Assembly (NCBI GenBank): GCA_965655095.1 | Contig: OZ296649.1 | Span: 87,854,001-87,918,000, forward strand | Length of the DNA: 64,000 nucleotides | Direction: 5' to 3' | Source: Haplodiscus bocki | Lineage: Eukaryota | Shown: positions 1 to 11,480 of the stretch, in pieces | Numbering within the stretch: the stretch's first letter is position 1 | Layout of the letters: every line of letters starts with the position of its first letter | Made by a program: the position numbers and the translations under genes | The notes under the pieces: generated by a model | The model's database searches: none | Told to the model about the DNA's origin: nothing | What the model saw: only the letters and a program-made list of their open reading frames with translations

Positions 1-499
1 CTTGGGCTGCTACCTGCATGAAGAAACTTCCAAGTCTCATTACTTCCAGTTTGAATTAGAATGAAAAGGTTTGTTGACAAGGAAATATTATATCACTAAG
101 AAGGGAGGTTATAAACAACTGGGCAGCGGCTCAATCGACAGGGACAGAATAGGCGAACAATCTGGCGTTTTTACAGTTTTATTTTCCCAACTTGACCTTT
201 GGAAATAGGCTTCCAAGGTTCGATTTTTGGTCACTGTCGATGACTCAGAAAAACGCCGATCCAAAATGGGAGGTTTTGAGCATCCAAAACCTTGAAAAGA
301 TGGACTAAAGGATATACTCGGAAAATCAGACAATTCAGATTTGCGATTGTGTCAAAATGGATCCGAAAAATTAACTTTGAAAGTCACTCAAATTAGAAAA
401 TTTCTGGTCCATTTTATTTGGGGTTTATGTTCCAAAAACACAGTTGCTGGTTACAAGCTAAGTCTAATGGTACTGAGGCAGTCTGCGCTATTTACAAGG

Positions 500-905
500 T
501 TGGTGAATTGTGATTGTAACATGTCAACAAGAAAAACAACTGAAAAAACTGTTGGCCAATGTATTTTATCGTAGCCATGAGTTTAGGAAGAGCAAGGTTT
601 CGAGCATTACAGCGCTCCAGGAGTTGAATTATTGCTTGGAGGATCAATTCGAGCGTCTCACACAATAGTTTACTAAAAGAGCGTCTTTTTGTCACTGAAT
701 TGTAGATATAACGCTGATTTTGTTGGTCTGAAAAATCAATTAAAGGGCCGGGAAGAAAGTTGTTCAGAGCAATTTCCCCATTTTCAGTAGCTGAGGATGG
801 CAAGCTAGTGTGGAAGCTAACCCTTTGCCCATAGCAAAATCAGAGGACACACAGTGTGCTAAACACGTAGCAGCCGTTGAAATATTGGACTGAGAAAAGT
901 GAAAG
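500..905 (-). pseudogene. OARD1/TARG1 (Poa1p-like) macrodomain at the C-terminus of the Gypsy pol region, frameshifted
   Basis: Three joined frames read LAHCVSSDFAMGKGLA / RYIYNSVTKRRSFSK...LALPKL / GYDKIHWPTVF. These match the OARD1 family motifs AHCISxDxxMGxGIA, YIYxLxTK and PxIGCGLDxLxW. Confidence 0.85.
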
Positions 906-1699
906 TTCGGTTGAACACGTGACTCAATTGCTGCATTCATGTCAATCTGCTTCGATACCTTTTCTGAAGGTTTTTCAAGGAGAACCATTTTTTCATCTTC
1001 CTTCGTCGTTTGAATAACTCAGACGGCGTTTGCTGCTGCAAGGAATGGCAGAGAATTCGGGATGGAAGAAGTAGTTGACGGGTTTGAATTTCTCACGGTA
1101 GCGTTTCGAATTTGTCCACGATTGCGCTCAAGTGACTCAAAAAACGCTTGGCGTTTGTCGGCCCTAGCTCTTATCAGACACTGTTATTTCTCAAAGAAGG
1201 CTGAAAACGTCCACTTGGTGCGAGAGTTCCCTCTCGTTTGAAACGAGTTCCAGAATAATTATTTTTATGTAGGTTTCTTCGGAGAGGGCGGCGTGGAGAA
1301 TGCCGGTTAGTAGTTATTGCCCCAGTTGGTAGTCTTTTCTCAGTTTGAGCGATTCTAAGGGGAGTTTCCGGTAGCGTTCGAGTACCTTGTGAGGTGTGAC
1401 TAGGCAAAGATTCATCAGAACTGTCAGAAAACGAACAACCTGTATAGCATTAAAAGGTCGCTCTAGCGACGGTGGCTCTACCCTTTCAATTTCGACTGGT
1501 TGAGGTAACACCACTGGAGCTAGGGCCAATGCCGCATCAAGTGGGCGTACAGGAGCCGGGTCCGCTGCCAGTCCGACTGGTATGCGCGCTGGAGCGACTG
1601 GAAACAAACAGTTACAGTTGGCGGATCTTCCGTCTCATTTTGTGTTATCAACACTGTGGTGGGAGGTTCAATCAAGGAAAGAATCTTTTCATCAAACAG

Positions 1700-2960
1700 C
1701 GTTGGTTCAGCGCGAAAATGGCCCATCGAAGGATTGCATTGAAGGTTTCCAAAACCGAAGACAGTGAGATCATCAACTCGACTTTGCGGATTTACAGGTC
1801 GCAGTCTGACGCGATGCACACATTGTGTAAAGTTAGTTCCCACTTTTCGAATTAAAATAATAGAATTTGTCAAGGTTTTTAACACAATAAAGTGGCAGCC
1901 AAACCAAAAACCATTTACCAGCAAAATCAGATTGAGTCATCAATTTAGGATTCAGTAAAAGACAGTATGAAAAGAGAGCCAACGGTTTGAATTCGGCTTT
2001 GCATTCATAGTAGGCGCGGTACTTATTGTATATTTGAGTCAATTTAAGCTTCGTTTCAATTTTTTTTCTTCCCGTGCATCTTTTAATGCGAAAACACATT
2101 CACTGATCGGAGAAAAACGTTCAATCAGATTGTTAGTAAATCGTAGGTCTCATGGCTTAAATGGTTCAAGTCCGTGAACAAGAACTGTAAGGCTACAGCA
2201 GTTTGCTGAATTGTGGGACGTGTTGTGAAAAAAGTTTCCTAATTGCACGTATTTCAGACAAAAATCCATAGTTCTTTGGTATCCAACTTGAGAATACGTT
2301 CAGTTGAGCTAAGAGAGCGTTCAACAACTCCCACCGTTTGTCGGTGTTTAAAACTTGCATGTTCTAATTGAATTTTACGTGATTTAGTTGATTCATGCAT
2401 TAGTTCAGCAACAAAGGCGGTTCCAAGGTCAGAAAAAATTGTTTTTGGCAAAAAACTATGTCGGAAAAATATTGATGTCAGTTCACATGCAATGATGTCT
2501 GCTGACATTTTTCAAAGGTAAAGCAAACAAAATTTTCGTGAAAACACCAATAGCTGTCAACACATAACGGTGAGCTGGTGATTTCAGTGGTCCAACCGGC
2601 TCAACTTGAAGTGTTTCGCCAGGATAAGAAGTTAGGGATGAAACTGGCGTTAAAGGCGTTTTCAAGTTTTCAGACGAAGCTCGTTTAAGTTGTAAGCATG
2701 TAAGACATATTTTGATCGCTGAGGATGAGAAATCCGTGAAGTTAGAGAAATGAAACCGTTTGCAAACTTCTTCAAACATTTTGGCAATGCCAAAATGTGC
2801 AGCGATTGTTGGAGTGTGTAGACGTAAAACTATTTCTCGCCATAAATTTTTAGGTTAACAAAACTGTTTTTATTTCACTTTTCCACAATCGTCGTAGAAA
2901 AGACGATAGCCAATATCATCTTCTAGTATGAGGCGGTTAATTTCACAAAGCAGTAGGTGA
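1700..2960 (-). pseudogene. Gypsy integrase remnant (HHCC zinc finger, rve core, C-terminal domain)
   Basis: H..AHFGIAKMF...ICLTCLQLK zinc finger; YVLTAIGVFTKILFALPL; IFSDLGTAF; QTVGVVERS (ORFs 2483-2779, 2254-2508, 1520-1924). Confidence 0.9.
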
Positions 2961-3169
2961 AATTGTGGATTGATCAGGAGAACCCCTATTTTTCCACAAA
3001 ATTACTTCACGAATGACTCCATCAGTTTGTGGTTCCTGCTTCAAGCTAAGAAGCTGGTGATTTATTACGTAAATCACCCAGTACATCTTCGAAATCATTG
3101 GTTTCCATTGAGTTGACTTGTGGGACTAGTGTGAAAGAGATGAAACCAGTTAACGAAATATCCGGTTCA

Positions 3170-4750
3170 TCAATAGGTTTTTTTCGCTAGCAAGTGATCA
3201 TAAAGAACATGAGCTTTTAGCAAGTTAATGAATTGTTCGTCAACAACATTAGATAAGTCATCAAGGAAACGAAATCCTTCAATGTTTGACAGCGATATAT
3301 CTGGTGCTTTCGATTTTTTCGATTTCAATTTCACGGATAGGCACATGAGCCGTGAGCTTCGTCTGTTCCACTTGCATGCGTGAAAGAAAATCTGCGGCAG
3401 AGTTTGCTCTCCCAGAAATGTAAGCAAGCAAGATATTAGAAGACAAAACTCGCTCTACGCAGTTCCATAGAGGCAGACGAATACTTTTTTCCACTGAAAA
3501 AAAAATGAGTTAAGCTTCGATTATCTGTTACAACTAGGACCGGTTTCGTTGCCTACCAAATGAAGTGAGAAAAATGGTCTAAAGCAAAATACAATGCCAA
3601 GAAATCTCTGTAATACACGCAAAACTTTAATTGCGTAGCAGTGAAAAGTGTTGAGCCAAAAATTGTGGCAAAGGTCTTCCTTTCTTTTCGACTTTGATCA
3701 ATCAGGTAATCTTCAATCATTAGCACAAGTCCAGTGCCATAGATACTAGAATCACAAAGGATGACAGACTGGAGACCTGATTTCGCTGAGTGTAGCATCA
3801 AATTTGTAGCACGTATCAGATAAACTTCCAAAGTGTTCAAAGCTTCATGAAGATCATTAGTGATTGTAAATGCTTTTTCTTTTCGTAATAATCGGTACAA
3901 TTGTATTAATTTTGGCCCATTAGGAAGGAAGTTTCGGAAAAATTGTATGATGCCGATCAGAAATTTTACTTGTTTTACAGCGTTTGGAATTGGAATTTGT
4001 TCAAAAAGTTATTCAATTTTGCACTTTCGGGCGAGATTACTCCAAGAGTAATTGTGCTACCAAAGTAGTCACTTTTTGTCGTTCCGAACTCAAATTTTTT
4101 TTCAGGGAGCAGTTATCAATTCATCAAAATTATTAACTTCGGCGGCAATATCAAACATAAACTGTGTACAAACATTCGCTGCTAGGCGGGGGTCAAGAAA
4201 GTGCTGACAAATGAATTCAAGCCCGTGACGGATTTATCCAAGCCTTGAGCTAAGCAATTGTAGGCGAATGTTCGCGAGGCGAAATTGAATGCCAAAAGTT
4301 GAACCAGAGGGTCATCTGCCATTTGAACACAATGGTATGCTTGTGAACAATCTAGTTTCCAAGAGATAGTTTTCCCGGCGAAATGATTCGTGGCTTCCGT
4401 CATATTTGAAAATGGAAAACTTCTATTCAAAATTATTCTCGGCGTGGGAGATGGTTCACGCGGCGTAAGTTAACTAGAACTCTCAGTTTACCGGATGATT
4501 TTCGAAGAGCAAATATCGGACTACTGCATTTGGGATGTGATAAAGTTGTTTTAATGTTAAAGTACTGCAACAATGTGAGTTGAATAAAACTTTGATGACG
4601 TACATGAAATGGAGCTGGTGGACTTTGCACGTGTTCAGGCATTAGTTTAATCTTGAGTTGTTTTGTAACCCATATCAAAACGGTATCTGGCAAACACATT
4701 ATGGTATACAACGAGAAAGTCCTCAAGTTGCCTCTTTCAGTCAGCATTTA
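3170..4750 (-). pseudogene. Gypsy reverse transcriptase and RNase H remnant
   Basis: ORFs 4433-4747, 4182-4430, 3553-3900 and 3279-3494 carry Gypsy RT/RH motifs. The catalytic DD is mutated (FMFD near 4150-4162). Confidence 0.9.
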
Positions 4751-5377
4751 GGATATAGGTGGTGTCACATTAACACTTTTTGAAAAATTCCATTCCAAAA
4801 AAAGTGATTACTTTTAGCATCCATTTTTTCAAGGCGTTGAAATTTCAAAATCTTACCATAGACTTCTCTTTGAAAAGGCGTTAAACTGGAAAAAATCATC
4901 GCACATCTCTGGAGTTGGAAATCAGAGTTTCGAGTAATTCGGAGTTGGGCGACCCTGTTGGTTTGTCAAACCTGTGAAAATGAAAATCTATAATCAATTG
5001 AGTCAGTCCGACCCCAAAATCATCCGGGTTACGTATTTTTGCTAATGGAATCAACTGAGGGTCAATTTCAATCAGGTTTTCAGCCTATGCTTCATTTAAA
5101 ATTTCGCAATGCACTATTTCAGTTTGATTAATGTTATTTGATTATCGGAAAGATTTATCGCTGAAAAGAAAACTTTTCTGTCATCATCAATTGCACAATG
5201 AGACGAAGCAGTGCAAGGCTATATTGGTCCTCTAGTTGAGCACTACGATTAACAAGTCCTGGAGAAGATTTGTACTCAAAGAAAAAACTTTGAGAGTAGA
5301 TTCTGAAAGTACTTCCGATTGAAGCGCAACACGAACTTTTTTCGTCAAAATCAAGGGAATTTTCGGGAATTTTTTAC

Positions 5378-6644
5378 CTATAGTACGACATAATATGATT
5401 CAACTGAACAGTTAGGTCCGGTATTTGTAACAAAATGATCTTCGGATCGATAAAAAAACTGTCTTTTTTTTTTGAAGAAAGGATTTCCAAGACTAGCGCT
5501 AATTATTGTAGGCAGTATCAAAAAACTGTCTCGGAAACAATGGGGCCCGATTTGGAATGACACATTCGCTTATTTAAAAATCGAAACCCACTGACCAGAC
5601 GCCATTAGAATTAAAAGAACGTTTTCCTATATCTATAAATTTAGCGTTATTTAATTTAGGGTTTTTAAACAATGACTCGAGTAATGCATTACCACAGGAG
5701 CCTGTATCTATCAATACTCGCCGTTTCATTTGCTCAAAAAGTTTAGGTCTAGCGTAAAAGAAGTTTTTTCCCACGATAAAGAGAACAGCACACATTTTTG
5801 GAGTGTCAATCTGAGAAAAATCGTTATATGTATCTGGTTTTTCCGACTGGACTTCCTTTACACAAATAGGTTTTTCAATCATGTACCGCTTAGTTTTGGA
5901 ATTCTGATTAAATGTGCAATCGGCGTATAGGAGGATTTTCTCTGAAGGTGCAATAGGTTGCTAAAAGATTACGAGAGCCGCATTCATGACACGCCGTTGT
6001 GGACTGTTGTGAAAAAGGGCTTTAATTAGAATCAGGCGTAAAAACTTCAAACGTAGGTCTTACTTGAAAGTTAGAGCTCTGAGCATGAAAAAGAAATTTC
6101 TGATTTTTTTCCCCGGAAACTATGATTTTTCGGCGGAAGCTTCGAGGTATGTGGCTGGAGAAAAGAATTCGAAATTTGCGAGTGAAAAAAATTCTCTTGA
6201 GACTATTATTGTGGCGTATAACTGGTCAATATTTAATTTCGCCACTGAGGTCGTTGAAAGTTCGGCGGAGGTCCTCTGAATCCTCGAGTGCTACCGCAGG
6301 AGAGGCCTCTGAAATTACCACAATTTCCTCGCAAAGAAATTGGATTTTGCCCTCCATTTTGTGAGAAAGAGCCTCTCTGTGGCTGATTTTGGTTTTTCAG
6401 AGAGTCATTTTTGTTGAGGTAGCATTGCGTTTTTCGAGCTTTTTGGACACTTCTTTTGAGCGATTATCCATGGCTTTTTCAGTAGTGCTCGGTTTCGTAA
6501 GGGCACTAATAAATGTCACTATTACTGAAAGACCCACACCACTAAAAGCATCCATCACAGAGTCATCACAGGTTAGGGATTGACCACTGTTTGCGTGTAA
6601 AAGTATATATGTCTTCAGCCGTAGTGTTTGAAAGTTGTTGCGGC
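5378..6644 (-). pseudogene. Gypsy gag C-terminus and aspartic protease remnant (copy 1; copy 2 at about 12022-13290)
   Basis: RRVLIDTGSCGNAL protease motif, FLILPTIISASLGNPFF, and a degenerate CCHC knuckle. Confidence 0.85.
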
Positions 6645-6903
6645 ACCATCGGAACTCACTTCGCTAACCACTTAATCTGAGCTGACCTAGCAGCAGGAAA
6701 GAACGAGAAATGAAGCACACGGTTCATGCGGAACCTCGCCGAGGACAAAAATCCACCCAGAAAATTCATTCGCTAACAAGTCATGGAGACCTGAAACACA
6801 TCACATTGGGCGACAAAGTGGCATTCGAGCGTTTTTCCTACAAAAGTCCAACTGAAGGAAATACCCCAGACACATGGTTTCAATTAATAAAGTTCTTTTG
6901 TTC

Positions 6904-7371
6904 AACAAGACACCTGGCTACCGGGATATTTTCCACCCTCCGACTTGTTAAAAATGCGTTTTTAGGAAAAAATTACCCTTCTATCTGCGTTGTATATCAC
7001 AGTGGCTAATTTCTCCCAACTTTGAAATGAACGCAGTTTTTATGCAAAAACCTAACATTTCGAAGCGAACAGGTATTTTTCAAAAATATTACCTTTTTTT
7101 GTCCGCATTCTACATCAAATTTGCAGCTTTCTCCCATTTTTTTCAAATTTCGATTTCCAAAATTTTTTTTCACTAAAAAACCCTATTTTCGTACGTTCTC
7201 AAGAAAACCTACTTTTCATTCGCACTATACGGCAAATTTGACGTAATTTGGTCCCAACTTCGCAAACTCAAAATATCTCTTCCCGAATCATAAATTGGCA
7301 CGTGAGCGTATAAAACCGCACGCTTTGAGTTGATGATTTTCATTCCATAATTGAATTTGGGCGGAAACAAA
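6904..7371 (-). mobile_element. Non-autonomous Helentron-like element (HINE/DINE-1-type); further copies at 13550-14018 and 22127-22580
   Basis: Terminal AACAAGAC, small hairpin CCTGGCTACCGGG, and an imperfect subterminal inverted pair ATATTTTCCACCC / GGGCGGAAACAA. The internal sequence is related (reverse complement) to 18503-19004. Confidence 0.5.
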
Positions 7372-7978
7372 TTCTGTGTTTTCCAACATTTCTCCAACAT
7401 TAAGGAACAAATCGAACAAAAACTGATTTTTAAAGAAGCTACGCTACTACTAGTACTGCTGATTAACCCTTTACTGGCGACTGATCTGGTAAGCTTTCAA
7501 CAAACGGTTTCTCAAAATTAGGCTCAAAACAATGGGTGACTATACTTTGCGCAAAATAAATTTCCCAAAGGGCTAAAATTCCGGACTATTTACAACGTCG
7601 AAAAGCCATGAGTTATCGATAGATAGCCACGAAATTTTCTACGCTTTCAATAGTCTGGAATTTTTCTGGGCTTCGAATGTTCATAGCGATGGGAAGTCAC
7701 CCAAAGAAGCAGTCAGAACAAATTTTTATGTTGTCAAACTTAATAAATAACCTTGATCGGTTCAATAAATCAACTTCAAAGAAAATGCTGCTCTTCTGGA
7801 CAAGAGTTGCTGACAGGAGCTACTGGTACGATCATCGCAATGGGTATATCTGCCAAAGTTGCAGTGGTGTCAGCCAAAGACGACAATGGCGAAATAAGCA
7901 ATCGAAGAGGATCATGCAAAAAGGGTGATAAGATTGGCGATGACAGGATTCAATGTGATATATGTGATGGCTGATATC

Positions 7979-9734
7979 ACAGAAGAAGAAAAACTTTTAT
8001 TCAAAAACAGATAGAGCATCCATTTTCACTAGGAAACATAAAGATTAAATCTGATAAGAACGCAGTATACGAGAGGGAAATAGTCTTAGTTCATGTTCAA
8101 ATTTGGTTGCCTCAACTGGTGGACTTTTTTCTCGTAAACCGGACGTTCCTAAGGCTCTTTTTGGCAGTATTTCGTGGAGGACATGATTCTCCCCTTGGTC
8201 AAGGATCTGTCTGTATAGTTTTTTATCGGAGATACGGATGATGTCTTTTATAGGAGTGTACTCGTTGATGATCCCAAGACGAACTGCTTTAGACTGAACG
8301 CTGTCAATCTTTCGGAGGTTCTCATCAGATCTTCCGCCCCAAACTGAGCAGCAATACGTAAGTGTGGGTGATACCAGAGCCTTATAAAGAAGTGCTAGTT
8401 CACGAATAGAGAACCCAATTCACCTTAACCGAAAAACAACGTATAACTTGGCAGTGGCTCCTTTTGTGATGCCTTTCACATGATCATTGAAACTCAACTT
8501 TTCGTCGAATAAGATGCCAAGTAATTTAACAGAAGACTTCCTGTCGATGCCAGAGATAGGTGGAACGTCATGTCGACCAAAATTCAACAGCATTTCGGAG
8601 CTTTTGTCGGCGTTGAAAGAGAGGTTCTTGGAGCAGAAGTGGTCACCAAATTTATGTATAATATCGAGTGCGTTGCCTCCGTCTGTACAAGTTCCGCCTA
8701 TCAAAGGAGTGTTATCATCAGCATATACTGTGATTCGTGTACTAGGTGACATTAAAAATTCGCATCGAAAGGTGTCATTGACGGCATAATTGAAGAAAAT
8801 AGGACCCGTTATTGTCCCCTGGGGAACACCAAGATTAGTTGAAGCCGGCGGCGAAAATCTGGAACCCAATGATGTGTAATGACTGCGAGAAATTGGAAAA
8901 CACTTTGAAACGTGCACCATATATTCATTAAGCGGGGATACGCATCGGGAGATTTCTTTGAAGATTTTCGAATGTTGAATAGTGTCAAAGGCCTTTGACA
9001 TGTCCAGTGTAATAAGTCGAATATAGTTGTAATTTTTCGCAGAGAATACACGCCATGAAGTAGGTTAATACGGACGCTGCACAATCAACTATTCTGTCGA
9101 AAACAAAATTGATTCGAGCAAATATACGTGTTATGGGGCTTCTTTATCTATTTATCGAATAGCATGCGTTCAAATAAACCTCGACAATATTGGAGTGACT
9201 GCGATTGGTCGAAAATGATTCGGAAGTGTTGGTCGAGCGACTTTTGGAATAGGTATGATATTAGATATCTTGAAAAAGTCAGGGACAGTGCGTGAGAGTA
9301 AGATAAGATTAAACAACGAGCAAATGTGTTCTAAAGTTTTAGCTGCGTAAGTAATTATCCAAAAGGGAAGACCACTAACTTCGTGTGACGTCTGTTTCTG
9401 TTTCTTCAGATAATGATGAACCTCTAGAGGGTAAAAACAGGGGATTTCCCCTGTTGGAAATTCAATTTTCTCTAATTGTGGCTGGCCGTTAGGGTCATTT
9501 GAAAACGAATTGAAATACCGATTATAGTTATTCACATCAACGTTGACAGGCGACGCAGGTTGTTTCTCTTTCGAAAGACTATTGATATGTGTCCACCATT
9601 TGCGGGAGCCAACTTTATCGAGAGTTCGGCAGTTCTTCCGAACAAGTTTTCGAATACGCTCCTTCAAGTCTATAACTTTAGCTGCATTTTGTTTGCGTAA
9701 TTGTTCGTTTCGCTGTTTTATTAGCAGTTTGACG
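7979..9734 (-). mobile_element. CR1-group (L2/Crack/Daphne-like) LINE, 3' half with RT core, copy 1
   Basis: RPIAVTPILSR, DMSKAFDTIQH, GVPQGTITGPIFF, YADD, VKLLGILFDEKLSF. The 3' end is AATAAAAG followed by a (TTC)n tail at about 7980-8000. Confidence 0.93.
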
Positions 9735-10050
9735 CTTCTTGAGCACAACGAATGATTTCTGCAGGACGCGTTGTGTCTTGATCGAACCGAGCTTGTTCAG
9801 CAGCCCTAGCTGCTGCACATGCGTCAATTGGTGCAACTGCCGGAGGATTTGGATCCGGATAGGCTTTCATGGCTTTGGTTTGCAGGGTTACAAGAAAATG
9901 TCCCGAAATGTCAGTTTTACAGTCAAAGTTAATGTTTTCAAGAACTAAAACATGTAAATCGTACAATTGTGGATTGCAAAAGCGATCCAGAAGAGTTGAT
10001 ATCGAAAGTTCTACATTTTGAAGTCTAGCCGAATGCAAAGATTGAAAATA
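9735..10050 (-). pseudogene. Probable N-terminal gag fragment of the Gypsy element (duplicate at 16382-16697)
   Basis: FLVTLQTKAMKAYPDPNPPAVAP...AEQARFDQDTTRPAEIIR lies on the same strand as, and upstream of, the gag C-terminus. Abrupt junction with the LINE at 9734. Confidence 0.55.
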
Positions 10051-10532
10051 TCGAGAGCTGCATCTCGAAGATACAATTGCAAAATGTTAGCTTATTGATT
10101 AGCAGGAATCGCTGTTACGGCTAAAATACTTGGTAGTAGTTATTCAAAGTAGCGAGAATTTTTTTCTCAGCCAGAATAAGCCTTGAGTGTAAGTTCAGGA
10201 TGAGCCAAAATTAAAGAGTTTAAAAGTTAGGTTAAGTTAATTTAAGTTCAAAGGATTAATGATTTAATTAGATTAAAGAACAAAAAACTGGAAACCAATC
10301 GAAAGAAAACTGTTATTGAGAACAAAAAGTGGTCCTTGAAACAAGTTTGTTACTCTTGAAACAATTTCTTGCAAAGTGGAAAAATACGTGCAAAGAGTTT
10401 TCGGAAGTGTTTTTTTGTGCAGTTTTTCGTAAAAACCGTTGAATGAATAACAATCGACGGAGAAAGTGGAGAAGACGACTGTGCCACCCAAGTAGACAAT
10501 AAAATCAAACTGAAAATTCAGACCTTCATACA

Positions 10533-11480
10533 ACTAGATTTTTGTAAAAATAAAATAAAATTGAGGAAGTGGCAGAGAAGGAAATTATCTCGAAAATTTC
10601 GCTGAAAGTTGAATTAATCGAAAAGAAAATCAAAAATGAAAGGAAGAAGTTGGCAGATGTTGCTCCAAGTTGAATGAAAACAATTTGAAACAGGTCGAAG
10701 CGCTGGAATATCTTCAAACTTAAAATATCAAAACAATCTTCGAACTCACCAACATCTATGATAAACTTCTTGAATTGAGACATCTCATCAAACAACTGAC
10801 TAAAAATGGAAATCCAAGCATCGCATTGTCGTTATGCCCAAACTGAACATCAGTCGTACGTCAATTGCAGAAGTGCCTCTCCAAAGGTTAAACTGCTACT
10901 TGTCGGGTGTCAATAGCGAAATCACACCGAAGTCCAAATTTTTGACCAGGAAAAGTTTTACAACAACCGTTACATTGAAATCCAGTGATTTTTGAGATTT
11001 TTTTCTGCAAGACACACAGCACTCGCGTCAGACAACTTTTGCAATCTTTGTCAATTTTCAAGGATACTGCCGATCCTTCTTTTGTAGTTGTGCAGCTCCG
11101 TGAATCTGGAACTGGACTTGAGCGTGTAACTGGATCTGGTGTTGATGATGCGTGACTGGGTTTGGTGGATGATGTGAAGGGATCGCAGCGGGTGGTTGGT
11201 AGGGAGCACAAGCGGGGCCCTTTACTCCAAAAAGGATAGTATTTCTCTGTATAGCAGGACAGCATTGTCTCCTTCCTATCAACAACTTGAATGTTTGTCT
11301 CTTGGGTCTTGTATTTTTCGACGAGACAAGAGATTTTGGCTGAGCGGGAAAGAGCTTCAGATGCTTGGGTCACAATCCGTTCCGTTAGTTAAAACCAAAT
11401 CTTTCAATTACTACTCTCCTGAGCTCGTTATTTTATGCTCAGTATTGTTTTCCATTAACTAAACATGATGAAAAAATTAT
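10533..11480 (-). mobile_element. 5' fragment of another LINE-like element (ORF1 with PHD-like Cys cluster and coiled coil); duplicate at about 17183-18240
   Basis: DCKSC...LCVLQKKISKITGFQCNGCCKTF in ORF 10888-11373; the K/E/N-rich frame continues toward 10533; frameshifted. Confidence 0.45.

Larger units (their letters stand above)
1..10532 (-). mobile_element. Decayed Ty3/Gypsy LTR retrotransposon (gag-PR-RT-RH-INT-macrodomain), interrupted in gag by a 3.1-kb insertion (6645-9734); 3' end runs off the window
   Basis: Collinear - strand fragments in Gypsy order: gag zinc-knuckle remnant CHECGSRNLLATYC (5950-5991), protease VLIDTGS (5574-5882), RT (SSPIFALRKSSGKLRVLVNLRRVN; KLDCSQAYHCVQMAD; YxDD position reads QFMFD), RNase H (ILCDSSIYGTGLVL; ANSAADFLSR), integrase. 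Many stops and frameshifts. The 5' boundary near 10532 (TGTATG on the - strand) is tentative. Confidence 0.9.
4838..11480. repeat. 6.64-kb tandem segmental duplication, unit 1
   Basis: TTGAAATTTCAAAATCTTACCATAGAC starts at both 4838 and 11481. All ORFs recur at offsets of about 6642-6648 with few substitutions. Confidence 0.97.

Noticed and set aside
6630-6650. TGGTGCCG on the - strand as a tRNA-His primer-binding site
   Set aside because: Only 8 nt match, no LTR-ending CA precedes it, and it lies at the gag/insertion junction.
6710-7009. 99-aa ORF MKHTVHAEP... present three times
   Set aside because: Recurrence reflects recent duplication. The ORF runs into the HINE element and has no recognisable domain.
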